From positions 1 to 59,659 of the forward strand of contig JANWXI010000003.1 in assembly GCA_025057415.1 (NCBI GenBank): DNA of 59,659 bases. The letters are read 5' to 3'. How positions within the stretch are numbered: the first letter of the stretch is position 1; every line of letters starts with the position of its first letter. Of the stretch, positions 40,520-50,845 are shown one piece after another. Position numbers and translations under genes: made by a program. The notes under the pieces are model-generated. The model was given only the letters and a program-made list of their open reading frames with translations, was not told the DNA's origin and ran no database searches. This stretch comes from Chitinophagales bacterium. Its GTDB lineage: Bacteria; Bacteroidota; Bacteroidia; Chitinophagales; LD1.

Positions 40520-41776
40520 TCAGTTCACCCTGCGCCAAAAGATAACAGCCACATTCGTGGGGCGGGTTTCCGGTGCCACATTGGCGCCCGAAACGTTACC
40601 CACAGTCACGGAGCCGGTGTGCGTATGGTCGGGGATGGTGTGTGTGTGATTGCCGTTTACCGTAGTGTTGTGTGTGGCCGTGGCGGGGTTAGCGCAACTC
40701 GGCCAGGCGTTGTCGTCACCGCTAAAAAGATTGAAAGAGCAGTTGTCGCCACCTTCAAAGTCCTGCCCGTGAAAGCGTGAACTGACTGTGTGTTGATGAT
40801 CTCCGGCAGCGTCGGTTTGCAGGTTTGTAGCTGATTGGATGGTGAGCGAAGCCGGGTGGCTGTGGTCTTGTATGGCGTGGTCCTGAGTGATTCCAGTGAG
40901 GGCAGCATTGCTGGCTACGTTGGCATTTCCGCCGCGGGCGCGTATAAACTGTCCGTTATCAATATCGGTAGCTATCCATTGCGTACACGGAAAAATTACA
41001 TTCGGGTCAGCAGCATTGAACCACTGTATATACGTATAACCAATCGGAGGGGTGTTGATGTTTTGCCAGCAGGTTCCGGTATAAATCTCTGTAGTGCCAA
41101 GGGTAGTATTATAGCGGATAGTCCCCACGGGTACCGCCCCTGCAGGACGCTGTGCCGTAGTGCCGGCAGGAATTTTTAGCCCATCGGTGGTGTTAATCTC
41201 CAGCGATACGCTCGCGCTCGTGGTGTGTATGCCAATGTTATTCCCGTTTTGATGTATAACCGAGTTGCACAACTCTGTGGGCGTAGAAAACAAAGGTATG
41301 GTATTCACACTGGCTGCAGGGCAATAGGTGTTGGGACCGGTGGGGCCTGTTGCTCCCGTAGGGCCTGTGGGTCCCGTAGCTCCTGTAGCCCCTGTACTAC
41401 CTGTTGGACCCGTAGCGCCGGTAGGGCCGGTAGCGCCGGTGCTGCCTGTAGGACCAGTTGAACCCGTAGCACCGGTGGGACCGGTGGGTCCTGGTACCAC
41501 CGGAGTACAGAGGTTCACCCACGATGACCCGTTCCAGAAGAAGAAACAGTTTACATCTGTATCATAAACCAAAAGCGCTGCCGGCGCAGGCGCTAACGAT
41601 ATGCGCTGCGCCGTTGTGAGACGCGGTATCAACAGCCCTTTATCGTTTGCCTGCAACTCCAAAATGGCTTTGGGGTCGGGTGTGGGCGTACCGATGCCTA
41701 CGTTGTTTTGAGAGTGCAACTCAAATAATGATATGAAAACAAAAATACATGCAAAAGTTTTTTTATATATTCTCAT
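40520..41776 (-). CDS. Secreted collagen-like protein with phage tail-fibre/collar-like C-terminus
   Basis: Signal peptide; [29 protein letters not shown] head; 18 Gly-X-Y triplets; [36 protein letters not shown]. Confidence 0.8.
   Translation of the reverse strand: MRIYKKTFACIFVFISLFELHSQNNVGIGTPTPDPKAILELQANDKGLLIPRLTTAQRISLAPAPAALLVYDTDVNCFFFWNGSSWVNLCTPVVPGPTGPTGATGSTGPTGSTGATGPTGATGPTGSTGATGATGPTGPTGATGPTGPNTYCPAASVNTIPLFSTPTELCNSVIHQNGNNIGIHTTSASVSLEINTTDGLKIPAGTTAQRPAGAVPVGTIRYNTTLGTTEIYTGTCWQNINTPPIGYTYIQWFNAADPNVIFPCTQWIATDIDNGQFIRARGGNANVASNAALTGITQDHAIQDHSHPASLTIQSATNLQTDAAGDHQHTVSSRFHGQDFEGGDNCSFNLFSGDDNAWPSCANPATATHNTTVNGNHTHTIPDHTHTGSVTVGNVSGANVAPETRPTNVAVIFWRRVN
41330..41491 (-). 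repeat. Collagen-like G-(P/A/S)-T coding repeat (18 triplets)
   Basis: Translates as [12 protein letters not shown]...GPTGPN. Confidence 0.9.
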
Positions 41777-42159
41777 AGTGAAACTGTTTCTGTAAAAAAT
41801 ATTGGTAAAAATAACGCAAACAGTCCTATTCATAAAAAAAACGCCGCAGTTGTTTACCAATAATTGCTGGGGGTGTGCTGATTGAGTGCTGATTGTGTTT
41901 ACTGTTGCGGGAAATATGAAATAGTCGTTTAATCACCCCTGTGTTGGCTGCCAGGGTAATGGAAAGCGTATCGCTGAAGTAGGCGATAGAACCACCCGCA
42001 GCATGCTTGATAGTTTTGAAAACGTTGCTGAGGGGTAAAATGTCGCAGAATTTGAACAAATAACTGCATTATTAGCTGCCTGAATACTAAGCATCAACGA
42101 ATTGTGTTTGAATGGTAGGTAATTTCAGGGGAAATAATGTGTATTATTGAATTAGTTTT

Positions 42160-42202
42160 TTTCGGGTCGCCTGCAAATGGCGGGCGACCCGAAAGGTTGT
42201 GT
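42160..42202. repeat. GC-rich hairpin + AGGTTGTGT tail (second copy at 59597)
   Basis: TTTCGGGTCGCCTGC-AAATG-GCGGGCGACCCGAAA followed by GGTTGTGT. Confidence 0.75.
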
Positions 42203-42284
42203 AAAGTTTTAGGATGAGCCGTATTACTGTGCCCTGAGGGAACCGGAGTTGGATGATTGAAGTTTTATGATAACCACGTATATT

Positions 42285-42445
42285 CGGGTGAGGGATGCGG
42301 AGGGCGCGAGCGGAGCGAAGCGGCCGCGCCCGCACCGCTGCTTAAAAAATACTTGCGGGCGCGGCGGGAGCGGCAGCGTACCCCGTAGCAAGCCCGACCC
42401 CGCTGCTGCGCTTCGCAGGGCTACGCGCAGCAGCGGGGGCACCCC
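42285..42445 (-). repeat. Structured dispersed repeat, copy 5
   Basis: Plus strand CGGGTGAGGGATG...AGCCCGACCCCGCTGCTGCGC...GCGCAGCAGCGGGGGCACCCC; near reverse complement of copy 2. Confidence 0.9.
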
Positions 42446-42642
42446 ATAATTAAATAAGTCATTACATCTCTTTGTTGTTTAAATTTTTGAAGATAAGCAC
42501 AATTGCTAATTACTACCCCACATCATTTGGTATATTATGGGGTATTAATGTGCCCTACCTAAAATAATATACCTTTCAGTATACCTGTTGCATTTGCAGC
42601 GATTTAGTGCACTGCTAAACTCAGCTTCATGTAGTAAGTAAA

Positions 42643-44691
42643 CTAACGCAGAGCACACATCAGCCAGTCGCGATAAGTGGCGATGTCGGGCGTGTAGCCG
42701 CGAGGGTCGTTGAGAAGCTTTCCCTCAGGGTTGATAATGGCATATAGGGGCTGGGTGTTGTTGTTAAAGCATGTTTGTTCCAAATCGCTCCACTTATTGC
42801 CGATGGTAACGATTTTCTTATTGAGTACATGTGAAAAGTACTGTTCCGACTCGGGCAGAGCACGGCGGTCGTCCACATAGAGCGAAAGCACAATGAATTT
42901 ATTACTGAGCAGTTCGTGAATTTCGGGTTGGCTCCAAACGTTCTCTTCCATTTTGCGACAGTTCTGACAGGCATACCCGGTAAAGTCGAGTAACACGGGT
43001 TTGTTTTGGCGACGCGCCGCATCCATCGCTTCGCAATAATCGTGGTAGCAGTTAAGGTTTTGCGGGCAGGGGTTTTTGCAGTCCACACACCACGAAAACT
43101 CCTGCGTTTTGGGGGGCGGAAATCCGCTGAAAAGCGGCACTTCGTGACAGTACATGCCATAGGCAGAATAACCTGCAAAGGCGAGGGCTACCAGCGAGAA
43201 AGCGTAGCGCCCCCAACTGATTTTACCATCGGCATGCTCTTTGGTAAACCGGAACACCCCAATCAGATACAAAAACAATGCAAAGCCCAGAGCCGCCCAC
43301 AACCCCAGAAAAATTTCACGTTTCATAATACCCCAGTGCGATACGTTATCGGCATTTGCCAGAAATTTTACAGCCAATATCAATTCTACAAAACCCAGCG
43401 TCACTTTAAACGTGTTCATCCAACCGCCGCTGCGCGGTAATCTTTTGAGCCATTGCGGAAACAAACTAAACAGCGCAAACGGCAGTGCGAGCGCTGTGCC
43501 GAACGATGTGAAGCCCGCCATCAGCTTCATCTTACCGCCCTGGCTGCTGTAGGCGTTGCCGATCAGGTTTCCCAGCAGCGGACCCGTACAGCTAAACGAT
43601 ACCAGTACAAGAGTGAGCGCCATAAAAAAAATACCTACGTATCCGGCAGCATTGCTGGCGGCTTCGCTTTTATTGACAATGCTGCTCGGCAGCGATATGT
43701 CGTAGAAACCAAAAAACGAAAAAGCAAATACTACAAAAACGATAAAAAAAATCATGTTCACCACAGGGTTTGTGCTGAAACTATTGAGTGAGTCCTGCGA
43801 TGAGCCGAGTACCACAAAGGGGAGTGAGAACAAAAAATATATCAACACAATACTTCCCGCATAAAGAAGAGCGGCTGTTTTGCCGCCTCCCCTTGCCTCG
43901 CTGCGCTTTGTAAAAAAGCTCACGGTGAGGGGTATCATCGGAAACACGCACGGCATGAACACAGCCAGCAACCCCCACACAAAGCCCTCGGTAACAGCGC
44001 TCCACACCGAAACGGTGTTTACCTGTTTACCACAATTTTTCCGGGCTACTCCAAATTGCGCCGGGTCAAATCCGTTCTTGCCAAAGTTACATGAGGCAGT
44101 ATCTTTGGTTATCAATTCAGCACGCGTATCTTCTTTTGCTGGTGTAACTTTATCTACGGGAGGGACGGGAGGTCCACTTCCTTTTGTAACGGTATCTGTC
44201 TTTAAAGGAGTTGCAGAAGATTTCCCTTTCAAATCAAATTCAAATTCTACCTGTGTGGGCGGCAGGCAGCGTTCATCATCACACACCATGTACTCCAAAT
44301 AACCCTTCAATTTTGTATCGGATTTTACTTTTACCTTTTGGGTACAGGTCATTCCGGTTTCAAAATATTTGAGTTGCATCTCAAATACAGGGTCGTGCCC
44401 CTCATGTACTTTGACACCGGTTTCTGTGGTTTTGCCCACCAGCTCAACATTTGCATTGTTTTCAAAATTAAACGAGGTAGGTACCGGCCCTCCCTCACCG
44501 ATGAACTGTGAATAAACATGCCACTTCGGGTCAATCTTTGCAGTAAAAACCAGAGTGTATTCACCTTTGGCATCTTCGTTGGCTTTCCAGGTCCACTTTA
44601 CAGGATTCAAAATCTGTGCGCGGGTGCTCGCCAGCAGTATTGTCCAAATGGCCGTTAGCCAAATATGGTTTGCAATACTTCGGATACTCAT
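42643..44691 (-). CDS. dsbD: Thiol:disulfide interchange protein DsbD family
   Basis: N-terminal CDDERC, TM domain PCVFPMIP and SCTGP, thioredoxin domain DFTGYACQNCRKME. Likely start 44691. Confidence 0.9.
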   Translation of the reverse strand: MSIRSIANHIWLTAIWTILLASTRAQILNPVKWTWKANEDAKGEYTLVFTAKIDPKWHVYSQFIGEGGPVPTSFNFENNANVELVGKTTETGVKVHEGHDPVFEMQLKYFETGMTCTQKVKVKSDTKLKGYLEYMVCDDERCLPPTQVEFEFDLKGKSSATPLKTDTVTKGSGPPVPPVDKVTPAKEDTRAELITKDTASCNFGKNGFDPAQFGVARKNCGKQVNTVSVWSAVTEGFVWGLLAVFMPCVFPMIPLTVSFFTKRSEARGGGKTAALLYAGSIVLIYFLFSLPFVVLGSSQDSLNSFSTNPVVNMIFFIVFVVFAFSFFGFYDISLPSSIVNKSEAASNAAGYVGIFFMALTLVLVSFSCTGPLLGNLIGNAYSSQGGKMKLMAGFTSFGTALALPFALFSLFPQWLKRLPRSGGWMNTFKVTLGFVELILAVKFLANADNVSHWGIMKREIFLGLWAALGFALFLYLIGVFRFTKEHADGKISWGRYAFSLVALAFAGYSAYGMYCHEVPLFSGFPPPKTQEFSWCVDCKNPCPQNLNCYHDYCEAMDAARRQNKPVLLDFTGYACQNCRKMEENVWSQPEIHELLSNKFIVLSLYVDDRRALPESEQYFSHVLNKKIVTIGNKWSDLEQTCFNNNTQPLYAIINPEGKLLNDPRGYTPDIATYRDWLMCALR

Positions 44692-44784
44692 TTTAAATTT
44701 TATCAACTGCCGAAAATAGGAGTTTCTGATATTCAGCAAGCGCACCGTGTGTTACGAAACGTTAAGAAACATCAGTTAAGTTAA

Positions 44785-45657
44785 TTATTTGTTAAACAGC
44801 AATATGACGGTAATCCAGATTACGGCTGTTATGGCGATTTCAATCCAACTGATACGGTTAAGGAAATCTTCCTTGGTGCAGAGCACTACGCTATGATCTG
44901 TCCGGTGGCGTATGATTACCCCGATATACATCAGGGCAAGGAATGCCACAAACAGAACATGCACAAAAAACGAGTATTGGTTGCTGAACAGCGCTATGAA
45001 GGGGGCAGCTATCATTACCGGAAAAAGAAATACTTGTCTCGTGATAGCATCTTTGCCCTCGCGGGTTTGAATTAGACGCGAAGAGAAGGAATACGTGTGC
45101 AGTTGCGGAGCAATGAAAATACCCCAGCCAATAGCTGCTATGGCTGCTGCAAAGCTCAACGGAATGAAATAGTACCCCTCCGCGCGAAACCATGTGGCCA
45201 CAATAGAAAAGGTCTGATAAAACCCGGTAAGGCCTCCTTTAGTTCCTGCAGGCAGTATAAACACCTGTACCAAAAATGTGTTAACCATACAGGTTTGCAG
45301 CCATATATAAAAGAGCTTTTTGCGTGTGGCGGTAGCGCTGTAGTTAATGAATACAAACTGAACGATGTACGCTCCTATTAGACAGAAAATCGGGGGCATG
45401 CCATATATTGCCACCACGCGTACACTCCCCCACATATCCCATGCAAAGGGCTTGGCTACCACCCAGTGGTAACCAAACGTTGTATCGTATCCGAGCGCTG
45501 TAGTGAAAATGTAGATGTAAATCTGAATCGCGAGCTGTGTAATAATATTGGCAGCCAGCAACAGTACAGCCGAAGTGACAATCCGCCGCAGTTTGTTGGG
45601 GACAGGATCGGCCACAACGCTTTCATTCCGGAACGGAAACGTGATATGCTGTAACAT
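44785..45657 (-). CDS. Hypothetical polytopic membrane protein
   Basis: About 7-8 hydrophobic segments; TAAATTTG lies 4 nt upstream of the ATG. Confidence 0.7.
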   Translation of the reverse strand: MLQHITFPFRNESVVADPVPNKLRRIVTSAVLLLAANIITQLAIQIYIYIFTTALGYDTTFGYHWVVAKPFAWDMWGSVRVVAIYGMPPIFCLIGAYIVQFVFINYSATATRKKLFYIWLQTCMVNTFLVQVFILPAGTKGGLTGFYQTFSIVATWFRAEGYYFIPLSFAAAIAAIGWGIFIAPQLHTYSFSSRLIQTREGKDAITRQVFLFPVMIAAPFIALFSNQYSFFVHVLFVAFLALMYIGVIIRHRTDHSVVLCTKEDFLNRISWIEIAITAVIWITVILLFNK

Positions 45658-45661
45658 AATG

Positions 45662-45669
45662 CAAATTTA
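45662..45669 (-). promoter_or_regulatory. Bacteroidota -7 element (TAAATTTG)
   Basis: Exact TAnnTTTG, 4 nt before ATG 45657; overlaps the exosortase stop codon. Confidence 0.5.
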
Positions 45670-46239
45670 CTCAACTACACTTAAATACTTCATCCAAAAA
45701 CGAATCAGCAAAAAAACTAATGAATATGTAATGATAATAAACGCAAAAGAGTGGTGGAAAATAAAGTAAATGTCTGGCAGATAAAAATGAACAAAGGCAA
45801 GCACCGTTACCCGGGCAATATTAATACCTGCAATACCCAACACCCCCAGCGGGATAAACCAGATTTTATTCCTCCAGGAACCACTGAACACCGCAATACA
45901 GGCGCTGAAAATAAACATGGCAGGTATTGCTAAGCAATGCTCATCAATTGTAATCGCTTTTTGACTTTCGGTGTGTTTTACCGCATGCGCAATACGCTCA
46001 TTCGGTACACTCATCATCAGCAGTAGCCGATGGGTAATTTCGGCATACAGCACACCCATACCTTTTACCAACTTAAGCCAAAAAATGCGCACAATCCCTT
46101 TATCGTTCTCAATTATGTAATACAGCAGCTTCCAGCATAGATAAATACCTACTACCTGTATCACAAACCGGTTGCCCCGGTCATTCCACAGTTCTTTAAT
46201 GCGTTTGATAAGGTTGCCGTTCACGGTTGGTACAACCAC
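45667..46239 (-). CDS. Exosortase/archaeosortase family protein
   Basis: Cys-Arg-His triad context IDEHCLAIP / INIARV / FHHSF within TM helices. Confidence 0.8.
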   Translation of the reverse strand: MVVPTVNGNLIKRIKELWNDRGNRFVIQVVGIYLCWKLLYYIIENDKGIVRIFWLKLVKGMGVLYAEITHRLLLMMSVPNERIAHAVKHTESQKAITIDEHCLAIPAMFIFSACIAVFSGSWRNKIWFIPLGVLGIAGINIARVTVLAFVHFYLPDIYFIFHHSFAFIIITYSLVFLLIRFWMKYLSVVE

Positions 46240-46522
46240 GCAATAATTGCATTTTTTTACAGAAATATAGCCATTCTCGTCTCTGACAACTCACAATTGT
46301 GTCGCAATATGTTCAGGGGTTACGGTTCGCTTGTAGCGGGTCTCAACATTTTCGGTAACGGCAGCGTTATTACTTCAGCAACAAAATGCAGTCATATAAC
46401 AGCGAAGGATGTACTACCTTACCAAATGCCTTGTAGCAAATCGTTTATTTGCTCAGCATCATTATTTTCGCCCGCCCTCTGTTTGAGGTTAGTTGTATTA
46501 TCAGACAAAAATTTATGAAAAT

Positions 46523-47455
46523 ATGCAGCGAATCCACTGTTTGATTATCGGTTCCGGTCCTGCCGGCTACACAGCAGCCATTTATGCGGCACGCGCCAAC
46601 CTGAAACCCGTTATGATAACCGGACTGCTTCAAGGAGGACAGCTAATGAACACCACCGAAGTGGAAAATTACCCGGGTTATCCCAACGGTGTGCTCGGCC
46701 CTAACATGATGGAGGATTTCCGAAAGCAAGCCGAACGGTTTGGTACAGACATCCGTTTTGGTGTGGTTACGAAGGTGGACTTCTCGGTTTCGCCCAAAAA
46801 GGTGTGGGTGGACGACACCACCCTCCTGGAGGCCGATGCCGTAATACTGGCTACCGGTGCCGAAGCAAAATGGCTGGGTCTGGAAAGCGAAAAACGGCTA
46901 AACGGCTCGGGCGTTAGCGCTTGTGCCGTTTGCGATGGTTTTTTCTATAAAAACTCCGAAGTGGCCATCGTGGGCGCCGGTGACACGGCATGCGAAGAAG
47001 CACTTTACCTTTCCAAGCTTTGTACACAGGTGCACATGCTCGTGCGCCGCGATGTGATGCGCGCCTCCAAAATTATGCAGGAACGCGTATTGAAAACACC
47101 CAACATTCGCATTTACTGGAACACCGAAACTGATGAGATACTCGGTGAAAATGCCGTAGAGGCCGTGCGTGTGCGTAACAACAAAACCGGTGAAACCTTC
47201 GTTATCCCAATCAAAGGTTTTTTTGTGGCGATTGGTCACAAGCCCAACTCAGATATTTTCAGAGATTACATACAAACCGACAACGAAGGTTACGTAATCA
47301 CAAAACCCGGCACCACACAAACTAACGTAGAGGGTGTATTTGCCTGTGGCGACCTGCAAGATAAGGTCTATCGCCAGGCCGTAACTGCAGCCGGTACCGG
47401 CTGCATGGCAGCTCTCGAAGCCGAGCGCTGGCTCAGCGCCAAAGGACTTCATTGA
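46523..47455 (+). CDS. trxB: Thioredoxin-disulfide reductase
   Basis: IIGSGPAGYTAA, SACAVCDG, GAGDTACEE, GDLQDKVYRQAVTAAGTG. Confidence 0.96.
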   Translation: MQRIHCLIIGSGPAGYTAAIYAARANLKPVMITGLLQGGQLMNTTEVENYPGYPNGVLGPNMMEDFRKQAERFGTDIRFGVVTKVDFSVSPKKVWVDDTTLLEADAVILATGAEAKWLGLESEKRLNGSGVSACAVCDGFFYKNSEVAIVGAGDTACEEALYLSKLCTQVHMLVRRDVMRASKIMQERVLKTPNIRIYWNTETDEILGENAVEAVRVRNNKTGETFVIPIKGFFVAIGHKPNSDIFRDYIQTDNEGYVITKPGTTQTNVEGVFACGDLQDKVYRQAVTAAGTGCMAALEAERWLSAKGLH

Positions 47456-47491
47456 GCAAACTTTTACCCGAAAAAATTGTACTAAAATATA

Positions 47492-47524
47492 TTTGAAGGT
47501 GTATCGTAAATATCACTAAATTCG
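47492..47524 (+). promoter_or_regulatory. Bacteroidota -33/-7 promoter (TTTG-21 nt-TAAATTCG)
   Basis: Spacing fits the TTTG / TAnnTTTG consensus; 4 nt before ATG 47529. Confidence 0.55.
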
Positions 47525-47528
47525 TTTT

Positions 47529-48164
47529 ATGAAATACTTGCTGAGGTTTATCGCACTGGCGCTTGTATGCTCTACGGCTACTTCTTTTAAACTTTACCAG
47601 GAAGCAAGCGAGTGGGTCTTTGAACGGGAACGCAAGGGTATCAAGATTTTTACCAAAAAAAGTAAGTGGGGTAAACTGCGCGATGCCAAAGCCGTGATGT
47701 GGGTCAAAGCTACGCCCGAAGAAATGCTGCGCCTTATCACCGACTTCGAAAATTACCACACCTGGATGACGCACTGCGCCAAAGCCCGCATCGTGGCGCG
47801 CCTGAGCGATAATGAGTATATCGTACACATGATACTTAATGCCCCCTGGCCCATAAAAGACCGCGACTGCGTAGTACGTATTAAAATCATGCGCGATGAG
47901 AAAACCGGCATTATTACCGTTACGCAAACCTCTGAGCCACGCTATATCCGCGAAAACGAGAACTACGTGCGAATTGAGCATTTAGTGTCCACCTGGCGCC
48001 TGGTGCCTGTCAATGGCGGCACAGAGGTCACCAACGAATACACCTCTAACCCCGGCGGCAATATTCCCGACTGGCTCACCAACACTCAAAGCGTAGAAAC
48101 CCCCCTTCATAACTTCGAAAATCTGCAGGTTAAAACCAAAGCCATAAATCCGCAAAAACAATAA
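47529..48164 (+). CDS. START (lipid-binding) domain protein
   Basis: Signal peptide; PWPIKDRD, NPGGNIPDWLTN. Confidence 0.85.
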   Translation: MKYLLRFIALALVCSTATSFKLYQEASEWVFERERKGIKIFTKKSKWGKLRDAKAVMWVKATPEEMLRLITDFENYHTWMTHCAKARIVARLSDNEYIVHMILNAPWPIKDRDCVVRIKIMRDEKTGIITVTQTSEPRYIRENENYVRIEHLVSTWRLVPVNGGTEVTNEYTSNPGGNIPDWLTNTQSVETPLHNFENLQVKTKAINPQKQ

Positions 48165-48452
48165 GGCAGTCGCCCGCAATGGCAAAGCGTAATCAGCTTC
48201 TTTTTTATTCCTAATCAACGTACCCTGCGCCATCAGGAACCGCAAATCATTTGTAGGGGTGGTTTCACAAGTCACAAAATATTAAAGTAAATTTATATAA
48301 ATAACATATTTAATTTAAACACACCTCTATGTTGCTCCGTTAGCTCCGGTTGTCACTGCCACTTCCATACCCATCGGAGATAATACTTTGCCCGTTGATA
48401 ATTTCCGATTTCATTTGCGCACGCAAATGCTTTTTATTACAAAAACGCTGCA

Positions 48453-49589
48453 ATGGGTGTAATACAGTTCAATTTCCCTACTGTTATCCGCTTTGGTTTT
48501 GGGGCAGTGAAGGAACTGCCGGGCTATTTGCAAAAACATAACCTGAAGCGCCCTTTGGTGGTTACCGACCCCAATGTGTCTCAGCTTGATTTTTTCAAAA
48601 AAGTATTGGACGATCTACGTTCTGTTGTATCGGCAGAGGTATTCAGCAATATTCACAAAAACCCTGTAAAAAGCGATGTATATGCGGGCACGGATGTATA
48701 TGACCAACACCGAGCCGACTGCGTGATTGGTATAGGCGGAGGCGCAGCTTTAGATGTGGCACGTGCCATAGTGCTGCGGGTAAACCACCGAGAGGATTTG
48801 TTTGTGTATGACGACCTGGTAGGTGGCGATGTGTATGTAACAAACGATGTCCCCCATTTTATAACCGTACCCACCACAGCAGGCACCGGAAGCGAAGTAG
48901 GACGCAGCGCCATCATAGCCGATGACGTGACGCATCAGAAGAAGATACTCTTTTCGCCTAAGCTGATGGCAAAGATCGTTTTTGCCGACCCGCAGTTGAC
49001 CATGCAACTGCCACCTTTCATTACAGCTGCTACCGGGATGGATGCACTTACACACAACATGGAAGCTTTCCTTGCCAAAAACTACCACCCTATGTGCGAT
49101 GGCATCGCGCTGGAAGGTATGCGGCTGATAGCCGGCGCGCTGGACAAAGCCGTTAACTGCCCCGATGAAAAAAGCCGTGCCGACATGCTGCTCGGCAGCA
49201 TGATGGGAGCTGTGGCTTTTCAAAAAGGTTTAGGAGTAGTACATTCCATGGCGCATCCTTTATCGTCATTGTTAGATACACACCATGGCTTAGCCAATGC
49301 TGTGAACATCCCCTATGGTATGCGCTTCAATATAGCCGGTTGTGAAGAAAAATTTGCCAGAATGTCAATTGTATTGGGACTTAAGGAAAACTCAGGCGAA
49401 GCAGTGGTAAACTTCCTGTTTGAACTCAACAGCCGGATTGGAATACCCCACCGCCTCCGCGACATAGGAGTAAAACCGGAACACCTGGAAACTTTAGCCG
49501 ACTTGGCCATTGCCGATTTTGCACATCCCAACAACCCTAAGCCGGTAAGTCGCGAAGATTTCAGGCGTTTATATGGAGAAGCTTATTAA
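48453..49589 (+). CDS. Iron-containing alcohol dehydrogenase
   Basis: GGGAALD, PTTAGTGSE, DALTH, HSMAH, HHGLANA. Confidence 0.92.
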   Translation: MGVIQFNFPTVIRFGFGAVKELPGYLQKHNLKRPLVVTDPNVSQLDFFKKVLDDLRSVVSAEVFSNIHKNPVKSDVYAGTDVYDQHRADCVIGIGGGAALDVARAIVLRVNHREDLFVYDDLVGGDVYVTNDVPHFITVPTTAGTGSEVGRSAIIADDVTHQKKILFSPKLMAKIVFADPQLTMQLPPFITAATGMDALTHNMEAFLAKNYHPMCDGIALEGMRLIAGALDKAVNCPDEKSRADMLLGSMMGAVAFQKGLGVVHSMAHPLSSLLDTHHGLANAVNIPYGMRFNIAGCEEKFARMSIVLGLKENSGEAVVNFLFELNSRIGIPHRLRDIGVKPEHLETLADLAIADFAHPNNPKPVSREDFRRLYGEAY

Positions 49590-49649
49590 GTTTGGCAAAA
49601 TTATTGCAGTAAACAAACACATTTTTTCACTCCAAAAACACAAAGCATT

Positions 49650-49982
49650 ATGGGAAAATTCGTCATTAAAACACGCGCCAACGGTGAATACCAGTTTAAT
49701 TTACTTGCTGGTAATGGTCAAAACATTTTAGCCAGCGAAGGGTACAGCTCTAAAGCATCTTGCCTCAACGGCATCGAAAGCGTTAAGAAAAACAGCCCTG
49801 ACGACAGCCGCTACGAACGCAAAACTTCCAGCAACGGCAAGTTTTTCTTCAACCTAAAAGCCGGCAACGGTCAGGTAATCGGTACAAGCGAAATGTACGA
49901 GTCAGAGAGCAGCCGCGAAAACGGCATTGAGAGTGTGAAGAAAAATGCCCCCAACGCTACGATAGAAGATACAACGGTATAA
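49650..49982 (+). CDS. YegP family (DUF1508) protein
   Basis: Two repeats of FNLxAGNGQxIxxSExY...NGIESVKKN. Confidence 0.92.
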   Translation: MGKFVIKTRANGEYQFNLLAGNGQNILASEGYSSKASCLNGIESVKKNSPDDSRYERKTSSNGKFFFNLKAGNGQVIGTSEMYESESSRENGIESVKKNAPNATIEDTTV

Positions 49983-50002
49983 ACATATATTGCCCGTTTC
50001 TT

Positions 50003-50033
50003 AAAGCCGGCTTAACCCTAGCCGGCTTTTTTT
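50003..50033 (+). terminator. Intrinsic terminator
   Basis: AAAGCCGGCT-TAACCCT-AGCCGGCTTT followed by a T tract, just after the YegP gene stop. Confidence 0.8.
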
Positions 50034-50051
50034 ATTCAGTTAACTTATACA

Positions 50052-50636
50052 TCAGGGTACGCCTCCCGTTCGCTCGTACCGGTAGTGACCGATTATGGTA
50101 TAAGCGAAGAGCACATCTTCCATTACCTGTCCCGCTCCGATGTTGTGTACAATCAAATGCCGCCTGCCATCCGGTGATTTTGGCTCCACCACTATCCCGA
50201 TGTGTGTAAGGTTACCGGTAAGCCGCCAGCAAACAATGTCGCCCGGTACATAATCCGATGCATCCTTACTGATGGGTTTTACGGTGCTATGCCGGGCAAA
50301 ATAAGTCATCAGGTTGGGTACTCTGCGGTGGTCAATGTTGGGGTCGGGCTGCGAAAGACCCCAAAGGCGCGGATAAACATTAAAGTTGCGTTTCATATCC
50401 TCATGAACCAGTCGCTGTAAATCCACTCCCAGCCGTCGGTATGCCCGTATAACAACATCGGAGCACACACCGCGGTCAGATGGTACATCCCCGCCCGGGT
50501 ACGGAATAACGCGATAGGCAGCATCGTAGGTAACATGTTGATGTGTAAGTGCAATGGCTGCATCTGAAAGCTTTTTGCCAAAGCTGGATGTTTGCACTGT
50601 TTGCAGCAGGAATGGAATTATCAGAAGCAGATACAT
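50052..50636 (-). CDS. DUF1287 family protein
   Basis: YPGGDVP..GVCSDVVIRAYR..DPNIDHRRVPNL..HIGIV..HNIGAG. Confidence 0.88.
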   Translation of the reverse strand: MYLLLIIPFLLQTVQTSSFGKKLSDAAIALTHQHVTYDAAYRVIPYPGGDVPSDRGVCSDVVIRAYRRLGVDLQRLVHEDMKRNFNVYPRLWGLSQPDPNIDHRRVPNLMTYFARHSTVKPISKDASDYVPGDIVCWRLTGNLTHIGIVVEPKSPDGRRHLIVHNIGAGQVMEDVLFAYTIIGHYRYERTGGVP

Positions 50637-50845
50637 ATTTTAATGAACGCCCGCACACACCGGTATATTACCCGGTGTTTAAAAGCACTCAAGTTAAAAT
50701 TTCGTAAGTTGCTGTGGCAGCTTTAAGCAGCCGCCCGAAAGGTGGCGCTCATGTCAAACGAAATTACGCGGGGCGCTTGTAATTGGTGTTTTATAGTGTA
50801 TGCCGCTTTGCGTATAAATATGCCGTTGAAAAGAGTACAGAACGA

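Noticed and set aside
42160-42194. Hairpin as an intrinsic terminator (also 59597-59628)
   Set aside because: No U tract follows the stem on either strand.
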